The translations under genes were made by a program, and so were the position numbers. Below the pieces are notes generated by a model, which saw only the letters and a list, made by a program, of their open reading frames with translations, was not told the DNA's origin and did no database searches. Below are positions 46,446-53,686 of a stretch of 64,000 bases of DNA, piece by piece. Each line of letters opens with the position of its first letter. The stretch's first letter is position 1. Source of the stretch: Bacteroidota bacterium (GTDB taxonomy: Bacteria; Bacteroidota; Bacteroidia; Bacteroidales; SKPS01); the NCBI GenBank assembly GCA_022709695.1, contig JAKLII010000002.1:90955-154954 (forward strand), read 5' to 3'.

Positions 46446-46477
46446 TTTGGAGGATTACACCGAAGGGTGTATTTTTG
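46446..46477 (+). promoter_or_regulatory. Bacteroidota-type promoter for ptb-buk: TTTG (46446-46449), 20-nt spacer, TATTTTTG (46470-46477)
   Basis: Canonical spacing. It overlaps the ORF-track GTG start (46467), which favours ATG 46515 as the real start. Confidence 0.5.
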
Positions 46478-46514
46478 CAGGCCACCGCGAGAAATCATTA
46501 AAATATTGACCTAT

Positions 46515-47411
46515 ATGCTGAAAACATTGGACTCGTTGATCGACAAAGCACGCAGCGGAAAGATCAGGCGGCTTGCCGTTGTTGCTGCTTCGGATGAACC
46601 GGTACTGGAAGCGGTAAAAAACGCCACCCGGGAAGGTATTATTGAACCTGTTCTGACCGGAGACAAATATCTGATTGACCAGTTATGTGAAAAGATCGGG
46701 TTTGACCTGCAGGGAATCGAAGTGCTTCACGAAAAGGATGCCTACCGGGCAGCTGTAAGATCTGTTGAATTGATCCGGGAAGGGAGAGCAGACATTATGA
46801 TGAAGGGGTACATTTCCACCGGTCCACTGCTGAAAGCCATTCTCGACAAGGAAAAAGGTTTACGGAAGGGGGGATTGCTCAGTCATATTGCCCTGTATGA
46901 AACCCCATATTATCATAAACTGCTGGGTGTTACAGATGCAGCCATGAATGTGGCACCTACTTTTGAAGAAAAAACCGATATTCTGCTGAATGCCGTAGAG
47001 CTTTTTCATAAGCTGGGAATCACCAGTCCAAAAGTTGCAGTGATAGGAGCTGTTGAAACCGTCAATCCAAAGATGGAGGCTACCGTTCACGCTGCCATGC
47101 TTGCGATGATGAACCGCAGGGGACAGATCACAGGGTGCCTGGTGGATGGCCCGCTTGCCATCGACAATGCTGTATCGAAGGAAGCCGCAGAACACAAGGG
47201 CATTATCAGTGAGGTGGCCGGTGATGCTGACATCCTTGTCACCCCTGACATCAACTCAGGGAATGTCCTTTACAAGACACTGGGATTTCTGGGAGGTGGA
47301 GTATCAGCAGCTGTACTGATGGGAGCCACTGTACCGGTGGTACTCACATCCCGTTCGGATACCGAGAGGAGCAAAATGTTGTCGATTGCCCTTGCTGCAG
47401 CGATGGAATAG
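46515..47411 (+). CDS. ptb: Phosphate butyryltransferase
   Basis: MLKTLDSLIDKARSGKIRRLAVVAASDEPVLEAVKNATREGIIEPVLTGD, MMKGYISTG and ADILVTPDINSGNVLYK. This is the PTA_PTB family short form, and it sits directly upstream of butyrate kinase. Confidence 0.85.
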   Translation: MLKTLDSLIDKARSGKIRRLAVVAASDEPVLEAVKNATREGIIEPVLTGDKYLIDQLCEKIGFDLQGIEVLHEKDAYRAAVRSVELIREGRADIMMKGYISTGPLLKAILDKEKGLRKGGLLSHIALYETPYYHKLLGVTDAAMNVAPTFEEKTDILLNAVELFHKLGITSPKVAVIGAVETVNPKMEATVHAAMLAMMNRRGQITGCLVDGPLAIDNAVSKEAAEHKGIISEVAGDADILVTPDINSGNVLYKTLGFLGGGVSAAVLMGATVPVVLTSRSDTERSKMLSIALAAAME

Positions 47412-47438
47412 AATACACACCAAGAAAAGGAAAGCATC

Positions 47439-48515
47439 ATGGGTAACCAATGTATTCTGGCCATCAATCCCGGCTCTACCTCCACAAAAATTGCGGTGTA
47501 TGAAGGGAACCGGCAGATATTTCTGAAAAACATCCAGCACAGTTCCGAGGAGATCGGGAGTTTCGAGAGGATCACTGATCAGTATGAATTCCGGAAGAAT
47601 ATTATCCTGCAGGAATTGAGGAATGCAGGTATCACCATTGAGAATCTGCGGGTGATTGTTGGGCGGGGAGGTTTGTTAAAACCCATTCCTTCCGGTGTTT
47701 ACGAGGTTAATGACCTGATGAAGGAGGATCTGCGCACAGGGGTACTAGGGCAGCATGCGAGCAACCTCGGAGGTCTTATTGCCAGTGATATCGCCAGGAG
47801 CCTCCCATCCGCCAAGGCCTATATTGCCGATCCGGTTGTGGTGGATGAACTGGAGCCTGTAGCAAGGATATCAGGGCACCCTCTGTTTGAACGGATCAGT
47901 ATCTTCCATGCATTAAACCAGAAAGCGATTGCACGTGCCCATGCCAAACTGCAGAACGTTCCGCTCGAAGATCTTAATCTGATTGTGGCGCATTTGGGGG
48001 GTGGGGTTAGTGTGGGAGCACACCGGAAAGGGCGGGTGATTGATGTGAATCAGGCACTTGACGGAGAGGGTCCGTTTTCACCCGAGCGTTCAGGTACACT
48101 TCCTGCAGGTGCACTTGCCAAAGCCTGTTTCAGCGGAGACTACACCCCGGATGATATCAGGAAGATGATTACCGGAAAAGGGGGCTTTGTGGCTTATCTG
48201 GGAACCAACAATGCAATTGACGTTGAACAGCGGGCTGAAGCAGGAGATGAAAAGGCTACACTGATTCAGGAGGCTTTCGCCTATCAGGTTTCCAAGGAGA
48301 TCGGGGCTATGTCGACGGTTCTAAAGGGTGAAGTTGATGCCATTCTCCTTACCGGAGGAGTAGCTTACGGCAAACCTGTGGTTGCGATGATCCGTGAGCG
48401 GGTTGAGCATCTGGCACCGGTATTTGTGTATCCCGGTGAGGATGAAATGAAAGCATTGGCGGGTAACGGGCTGATGATCCTCAATAACGAAATATCGGCG
48501 CGGGAGTACAGGTAG
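47439..48515 (+). CDS. buk: Butyrate kinase
   Basis: ILAINPGSTSTKIAVYEG, VGRGGLLKP, IVAHLGGGVSVGAH and PERSGTLPAG are ASKHA-fold Buk signatures. Confidence 0.9.
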   Translation: MGNQCILAINPGSTSTKIAVYEGNRQIFLKNIQHSSEEIGSFERITDQYEFRKNIILQELRNAGITIENLRVIVGRGGLLKPIPSGVYEVNDLMKEDLRTGVLGQHASNLGGLIASDIARSLPSAKAYIADPVVVDELEPVARISGHPLFERISIFHALNQKAIARAHAKLQNVPLEDLNLIVAHLGGGVSVGAHRKGRVIDVNQALDGEGPFSPERSGTLPAGALAKACFSGDYTPDDIRKMITGKGGFVAYLGTNNAIDVEQRAEAGDEKATLIQEAFAYQVSKEIGAMSTVLKGEVDAILLTGGVAYGKPVVAMIRERVEHLAPVFVYPGEDEMKALAGNGLMILNNEISAREYR

Positions 48516-48635
48516 ACATCTTCCCTGAAGGAGCAGAAGACAGAATCAGGGTAATTTTTACGGTTATTTACAAGCTCACCCCTTATTTTAACGAACTATT
48601 AACAGCTGTAAGGAATTGAAATTCGCATTTATAGG

Positions 48636-48643
48636 TAATTTTG
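48636..48643 (+). promoter_or_regulatory. Candidate -7 box (TAATTTTG) for the His/Cys-rich protein / TonB-dependent receptor / HMA operon
   Basis: Exact TAnnTTTG match 26 nt upstream of ATG 48669. No clear -33 element. Confidence 0.3.
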
Positions 48644-48668
48644 CAGAGCAAAAGTATGCAATAACCGG

Positions 48669-49139
48669 ATGAAGAAGATACTGGCCATACTGATCGCATT
48701 AAACATCACTGTAAGCACCAGCGGCTTTATGGTGTTTGTGCATCATTGCCGTTTACATCAGGAGACCATGTCATCCCTGTTTGTGAACTTCAATGATGAT
48801 GTGCATCACGAATGTGGTCACAATCACCATCCGGCAGCACCTCATTCAGGTTCATGCTGCAGCCCGGAACCTTCTGTTTCATCTGAAAAACTATCAGGCA
48901 ATTGCTGCACCGAATATGAGTTCCTGCTGCGTTTCTCACCCGATACAGAACCCGCCAGAAAAGCTGCCCTCAAATTTAACACACCTGATACCAGGATAGC
49001 TTATTGCCACTATGTGATTGAGGATAAAGCACCGGACCAGCCTGAAGTTTTTACCGGCAGGTTTGATGACCCCTGCCCTGCACCAGCAGGGCGTCCACTC
49101 CTGATCACCCTTAGTCAATTAAAAATTTACGGTTGCTGA
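48669..49139 (+). CDS. Small exported His/Cys-rich protein (I recall RefSeq calling this type 'HYC_CC_PP family'; unverified)
   Basis: 156 aa. N-terminal signal/anchor (ILAILIALNITVSTSG). VHHC, HHECGHNHHP, two vicinal Cys pairs (GSCCSP, GNCCTE), and a C-terminal PCPAPAGRP. It sits directly upstream of a TonB-dependent receptor. Confidence 0.5.
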   Translation: MKKILAILIALNITVSTSGFMVFVHHCRLHQETMSSLFVNFNDDVHHECGHNHHPAAPHSGSCCSPEPSVSSEKLSGNCCTEYEFLLRFSPDTEPARKAALKFNTPDTRIAYCHYVIEDKAPDQPEVFTGRFDDPCPAPAGRPLLITLSQLKIYGC

Positions 49140-49161
49140 TACACCCTGATTTCTGATAGTA

Positions 49162-49169
49162 TAGTTTTG
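49162..49169 (+). promoter_or_regulatory. Possible internal -7 box (TAGTTTTG) embedded in an AT-rich palindrome upstream of the receptor gene
   Basis: TAnnTTTG match. It overlaps the near-perfect palindrome AGTTTTGAT-T-ATCAAAACT (49163-49181). This could equally be an operator or a weak hairpin. Confidence 0.2.
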
Positions 49170-49263
49170 ATTATCAAAACTCTGCATCATCAGAATGAGG
49201 TATCGGAAGCATGTTCCGTGCCTCGGTCAATCAGTATCAAATACACCATAAATTTTTAATTCC

Positions 49264-51486
49264 ATGAAAAAGTACAGCATAATAATCTCTATCCTGTTGT
49301 TGATTCTCCCGATACGGATATGGGCCGGTGAACTCACCGGGTTTGTATATGAACCAGGGGAGAATGGCAACAAAACACCGCTCCCGAATGTGCATGTCTT
49401 CTGGGCAGGCACCTCTGTGGGAACACACACAAACGATGAAGGGAGGTTTCACCTTGACCGGGTTAAAGGGAAGGACATTCTGGTGGTCAGTTATGTGGGT
49501 TTTGAAAAGGACTCCATCAGGGTCAATCCTGATGAAAGAGAACTTAGCATCGGGCTCAGCCGCAATGTGATTCTTAAAAAACTTGTGATAACCGCCCGGG
49601 AGTCTGCCACATATATCAGTAAATTCGATCCTATCATTACCCAGAACATCACCGGTGCTGAGCTGCACAAAGCAGCCTGCTGCAACCTGGGCGAGAGTTT
49701 CGAAACCAATGCGTCGGTGGATGTATCGTATGGCGATGCGATCTCCGGTGCGAAGAAAATTGAGATGCTCGGGCTGACAGGCATCTACAGTCAGCTGATG
49801 ATTGAGAACATTCCGGATTATCAGGGATTTGGCCGTTCGTTCGGGTTGAGTTACATACCGGGTCACTGGCTGGAGTCGATTTCGGTTTCCAAAGGTGCAT
49901 CATCCGTGGTTTCGGGGAATGAATCGATCACCGGCCAGATCAGTGCAGATTTTAAAAAGCCTGACGGGAAAGAGGTGTTTTACCTCAATCTCTACGGCAA
50001 TTCACACGGGCACATGGAGGGTAATTCCAATGCAGCCTGGAAGATCAATGACCGTCTCAGCACCATGTTTCTTGGCTACGGCGGGTATAATAACCTGAGG
50101 ATCGACCATAACAATGACGGCTTCATGGATGAGCCGCTGACAAAACGGTATCACCTGATGAATCGGTGGAAGTATGCATCTTCTGATCATCAGCGGACGA
50201 TACTGCAGGCCGGGATTAATTTTCTTAATGAGGAGCGCCTCGGTGGAGAAATGGACTACAAAGTTGTTGATCCCGGAGAACTGAAATATGGTTTCACCGT
50301 AAATACCCTGAGGACCGGCGGGTTTTTCAAAGGGTGTTACATTTTTCGCGGAAGGGCTATGACCAGTATATCAACCATGAATAATTATGCCCTGCACAGG
50401 CAGGAATCGGTATTTGGGTTCAATACCCATACCGTGGAACAAAACAGCCTCAACAGCCGGGTGAGTTTCGACACCTACCTGTTCAACAGCAACCATCTGA
50501 TCCAGACCGGGGTATCATACCAACTGCAGGATTACGACGAAAAGATGAATGATTCGCTGATGGGTAAGAAGGAGCTTGTTTATGGAGCATTTGGCCAGTA
50601 TACTTTTTCTCACCTGAAGACCTTTACCCTTTTGGCTGGTTTCAGGGCTGATTACAACAGCCTTTATAGCGTGCAGCTCACCCCCAGGCTTCATATCCGT
50701 TACCAGCCCACGGAGCATACCACGATAAGGGTTTCGGGAGGCAAGGGGTACCGGAGTGTGCACATGTATGCTGAGAATTTATTCCTGCTGGCAAGTTCGA
50801 GGAGGATCGTATTTGAGAATGAGGTCATCCCTGAAGTAGCATGGAATTACGGAATCCATCTCACACAGGATCTGCACCTCGCCGGAAGAAAAGCCGTCTT
50901 GAATGCGGAGGTTTTCAGGACTCAATTTACTGATCAGATGGTGATAGATCTGGATCGCGACTTTGAGCACATCTACGTGTACCAGCTTGACGGGCGTTCA
51001 TTTGCCAACAATTTACAGGTTGATTTCACCTTTGAGCCCATTAAGAGGCTGGATGTCCTGCTGGCCATAAGGGTAAGTGATGCACGGGCCACCATGGACG
51101 GAGAGCTGGTACGGCTTCCGTTTTCTAAGCGCTATAAAGGACTTGCAAACTTCTCCTACAAAACTCCGAGCACCAAATGGCAGTTCGACTACACAACACA
51201 GTTCAACGGGCCGTCAAGGCTGCCTGAAAACCACAATCTGCCAGTTCAATATCATACAGCACAGGAATCACCTGCCTATGTGATTATGAACGCACAGGTG
51301 ACAAAGTACTTCAGACACTGGAATGTGTATATGGGTGGAGAAAATTTGACTAATTTTGTGCAACATCATCCGATCATTGCAGCCGATGATCCATTCGGGA
51401 AGTATTTTGATGCTTCTCAGGTCTGGGGCCCGGTTATCGGAAGAAAAATTTATGCAGGATTCAGATATTATATAAAACAACTTTAA
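49264..51486 (+). CDS. TonB-dependent outer-membrane receptor with an N-terminal carboxypeptidase-regulatory-like domain
   Basis: 740 aa with a signal peptide. CarbopepD_reg-like start (LTGFVYEPGENGNKTPLPNVHVFWAGTSVGTHTNDEGRFHL). Plug-region motif AELHKAACCNLGESFETNASVDVSYGDAISGAKKIEMLGL. A long barrel ends in a basic/aromatic strand (AGFRYYIKQL). Confidence 0.8.
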   Translation: MKKYSIIISILLLILPIRIWAGELTGFVYEPGENGNKTPLPNVHVFWAGTSVGTHTNDEGRFHLDRVKGKDILVVSYVGFEKDSIRVNPDERELSIGLSRNVILKKLVITARESATYISKFDPIITQNITGAELHKAACCNLGESFETNASVDVSYGDAISGAKKIEMLGLTGIYSQLMIENIPDYQGFGRSFGLSYIPGHWLESISVSKGASSVVSGNESITGQISADFKKPDGKEVFYLNLYGNSHGHMEGNSNAAWKINDRLSTMFLGYGGYNNLRIDHNNDGFMDEPLTKRYHLMNRWKYASSDHQRTILQAGINFLNEERLGGEMDYKVVDPGELKYGFTVNTLRTGGFFKGCYIFRGRAMTSISTMNNYALHRQESVFGFNTHTVEQNSLNSRVSFDTYLFNSNHLIQTGVSYQLQDYDEKMNDSLMGKKELVYGAFGQYTFSHLKTFTLLAGFRADYNSLYSVQLTPRLHIRYQPTEHTTIRVSGGKGYRSVHMYAENLFLLASSRRIVFENEVIPEVAWNYGIHLTQDLHLAGRKAVLNAEVFRTQFTDQMVIDLDRDFEHIYVYQLDGRSFANNLQVDFTFEPIKRLDVLLAIRVSDARATMDGELVRLPFSKRYKGLANFSYKTPSTKWQFDYTTQFNGPSRLPENHNLPVQYHTAQESPAYVIMNAQVTKYFRHWNVYMGGENLTNFVQHHPIIAADDPFGKYFDASQVWGPVIGRKIYAGFRYYIKQL

Positions 51487-51511
51487 TCACTAAACACGAA
51501 AAAGAATCATT

Positions 51512-52111
51512 ATGAAAAAAAGCGCAATTGTACTGACGTTGATTATGGGGCTGTTTTTATCAGCTTTTCAGCTGGAAGCAGCCAAGCCGGATCTGAAGAC
51601 GGTGAAATTTTCGGTTAATATGCACTGTGCCTCCTGTCAGCAGAAGATTATGGAAAACCTGCCTTTTGAGAAGGGGGTAAAGGAGGTTAAGGCTGATCTG
51701 GCTACAAAAATTGTGGAGGTGACCTACGATGCCAAAAAAACAGATCCTGAAAAGATCAAGGCAGCGATACAGAAACTAGGATACGAGGTAAAAACTCCTG
51801 AAGAAGCTTCTGCCAATGCCAATCAGCCAGAGCATAAATGCACCGGACAAAAGGAGGAAGGTCATAAATGCCAGAAAGAGGGTGCTGATGCCAAGCAGGA
51901 ACACAAATGCACGGGGCAGAAGGATGCCAAGACGGGCGATGCTGAACACAAATGCACAGGGCAGAAGGATGATGCCAAGACGGGCGATGCTGAACACAAA
52001 TGCACAGGGCAGAAAGATGACAAATCAGGCAGCGCGGAGCATAAATGTACAGGTGAAAAAAAGGCTGACGGTACCACAGAGCCTCACAAGTGTAACCACG
52101 AGAAGAAGTGA
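51512..52111 (+). CDS. Periplasmic heavy-metal-associated (HMA) domain protein with a C-terminal His-Lys-Cys repeat tail
   Basis: 199 aa with a signal peptide (FQLEAAK). The HMA ferredoxin-like fold carries MHCASCQQKI (CxxC). The tail then has 7 HKC motifs: PEHKCTGQKEEGHKCQKEG...EHKCTGQKD (repeated)...PHKCNHEKK. Confidence 0.75.
   Translation: MKKSAIVLTLIMGLFLSAFQLEAAKPDLKTVKFSVNMHCASCQQKIMENLPFEKGVKEVKADLATKIVEVTYDAKKTDPEKIKAAIQKLGYEVKTPEEASANANQPEHKCTGQKEEGHKCQKEGADAKQEHKCTGQKDAKTGDAEHKCTGQKDDAKTGDAEHKCTGQKDDKSGSAEHKCTGEKKADGTTEPHKCNHEKK
51899..52036 (+). repeat. Three tandem in-frame units (45, 48 and 45 bp) encoding EHKCTGQKD(D)(A)K(T/S)G(D/S)A
   Basis: The units are 51899-51943, 51944-51991 and 51992-52036. 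The first two are almost identical at the nucleotide level. Degenerate copies lie on both sides (about 51830-52108). Confidence 0.85.
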
Positions 52112-52135
52112 CAGAACTTCAGATGTATGCAAAAG

Positions 52136-52169
52136 AAAACCGACAGCCAGATGGTTGCCGGTTTTTTTT
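52136..52169. terminator. Bidirectional rho-independent terminator between convergent genes
   Basis: AAAACCGACAGCC (52136-52148) pairs with GGTTGCCGGTTTT (52153-52165), with one mismatch and one G-U pair, across a 4-nt loop. It is followed by a T8 run and preceded by an A-run. Confidence 0.65.
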
Positions 52170-52854
52170 ATTTCAAAAGGTAACTCAGACGTATCTGACT
52201 GATCAGGGACATGACTGCACGTGTCCCATTTGAACTTCCTGAATAGGTGCTTCCACTCTGGGAAGAATTATTCCATGATTCCTTCCAGATTTCATATCTG
52301 GCCGACGACTCAAAACCAAGGGTAAATCTTTTGCCCACTGGAAATCCAAAACCAATGTATGGATCAATACCAAACACATCATCCTTGTTGCTGTTTTTGT
52401 AGTTGTCGGTGGGGTTCTGATATTCACTCTCCGACCGGACGTGTGTAATCACTTTGGAAAAGTCGACCCCATAGCTCAGGATAAAGTTTTTCCGATGGGT
52501 AATCCCGCCAATTCCCAGCATAGCTGCCGTCCAGTTCCTGTTTTCCTCAAAAGCATAGGTACTCTCTCTGGTGTCAGTTTCAAGGTGAAGGGCATGGAGG
52601 CCAAGTCTTGCATACATATTCTTGTACTGCAGCATGTATTGGAGTCCGGGGACCGGCCTGGTGGTTCTTTGCGGAAAATACATGATATCCAGCCATGGAT
52701 AATACCACCCATTCCAGTTATCATCGCTGAGGGTGAGTAATGAAAATGAGAGGGTGTGTGACCAGGGGGATTTTACAGTTTCTTCCGTTTGGGCAACACC
52801 ATGCAAACACATAGTACAGATTACCATCATCAGAGCCATTGTCAGTTTTTTCAT
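52168..52854 (-). CDS. Small outer-membrane beta-barrel-like protein, unknown function
   Basis: 228 aa with a signal peptide (MCLHGVAQT). Alternating aromatic/Gly strands (LSYGVDFSK, DPYIGFGFPVGKRFTLGFESSARYEIW). No family recognised. Confidence 0.4.
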   Translation of the reverse strand: MKKLTMALMMVICTMCLHGVAQTEETVKSPWSHTLSFSLLTLSDDNWNGWYYPWLDIMYFPQRTTRPVPGLQYMLQYKNMYARLGLHALHLETDTRESTYAFEENRNWTAAMLGIGGITHRKNFILSYGVDFSKVITHVRSESEYQNPTDNYKNSNKDDVFGIDPYIGFGFPVGKRFTLGFESSARYEIWKESWNNSSQSGSTYSGSSNGTRAVMSLISQIRLSYLLK

Positions 52855-53074
52855 ACTGTAATTTTATTGAAACGTTAAATACCTTATTCTCTTGATGAAA
52901 ACACTCATTTCAGTTCCATATTTTGTGGAATAGCTGTTACTTTTGTACCGGCTAACCTTTCGTATGATGAAAAGATGCGGGCGAAAGTTGCGCCCGGGGG
53001 AAATTCACCGGTTTACCTGAAGCACGCAACCCATCCTGATTACGATTCATCATTAACCTTGAAACCCGCAGTCG

Positions 53075-53680
53075 GTGGAAGAGCAGGACAGTATCCGTGA
53101 GATGATAGAGGGTTGCCTCCGTAAAGACCGACGGGCGCAAAAACGATTATACGACCAGTATGCTTCAAAGTTGTTTGCCGTATGTTTATCATATTCCTTT
53201 GATTACGAGGAAGCCCAGGATAACCTGCACGATGGTTTTATCAAGATTCTGATGTATATGAACCAATATAAGGGAGAAGGGTCTTTTGAAGGGTGGATGC
53301 GCCGGATCATGGTGAACACCTCGCTGGAACGATACCGGCGGAGGCATAAGATGAAACTGATTGCAGAAGAGATACGTGCTGAATCCTCCCTTTCAGTTGA
53401 GCACATTCTGGAGGAGATTTCTGCTGCTGAGCTTATGGACGCTGTTCAGGAACTGAGCCCACAGTACAGGATGGTATTTTTGTTATATGCCGTGGAAGGT
53501 TACAACCACAAAGAGATAGGTAAGATGCTGGAGATCTCGGAAGGAACTTCAAAGTCGAATTATTCGCGGGCCCGTTCGGTTTTGCAGGAAAGACTGAAAA
53601 ACTACGGTACCCCGGCAGAGGCAAGGGGCAGGTTCAGGACGATCAAACCGGCAGCAGAGGATGAGATCGGAGTAAAATAA
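53075..53680 (+). CDS. ECF-type RNA polymerase sigma-70 factor
   Basis: Region 2 (RLYDQYASKLFAVCLSYSFDYEEAQDNLHDGFIKI...FEGWMRRIMVNTSLERYRR) and region 4 (FLLYAVEGYNHKEIGKMLEISEGTSKSNYSRARSVLQ). The ORF opens at GTG 53075, and ATG 53102 (MIEGCLRKD) is an alternative start. Confidence 0.85.
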   Translation: MEEQDSIREMIEGCLRKDRRAQKRLYDQYASKLFAVCLSYSFDYEEAQDNLHDGFIKILMYMNQYKGEGSFEGWMRRIMVNTSLERYRRRHKMKLIAEEIRAESSLSVEHILEEISAAELMDAVQELSPQYRMVFLLYAVEGYNHKEIGKMLEISEGTSKSNYSRARSVLQERLKNYGTPAEARGRFRTIKPAAEDEIGVK

Positions 53681-53686
53681 AAGGTT

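Noticed and set aside
48516-48668. Region upstream of the receptor operon, checked for a cobalamin or other riboswitch
   Set aside because: No B12-box-like sequence or extended conserved helices are recognisable. Only a -7 promoter box was found.
49237-49866. 209-aa ORF antisense to the 5' part of the TonB-dependent receptor gene
   Set aside because: The receptor frame has a signal peptide, a CarbopepD_reg-like domain and a plug motif. The antisense ORF has no features and would start inside the receptor's coding sequence.
52952-53140. 62-aa minus-strand ORF in the region upstream of the ECF sigma gene
   Set aside because: It overlaps the sigma gene start, has no signal or motif, and is barely above the 60-aa reporting threshold. 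It is most likely non-coding promoter/leader sequence. A TACTTTTG box lies at 52938-52945.
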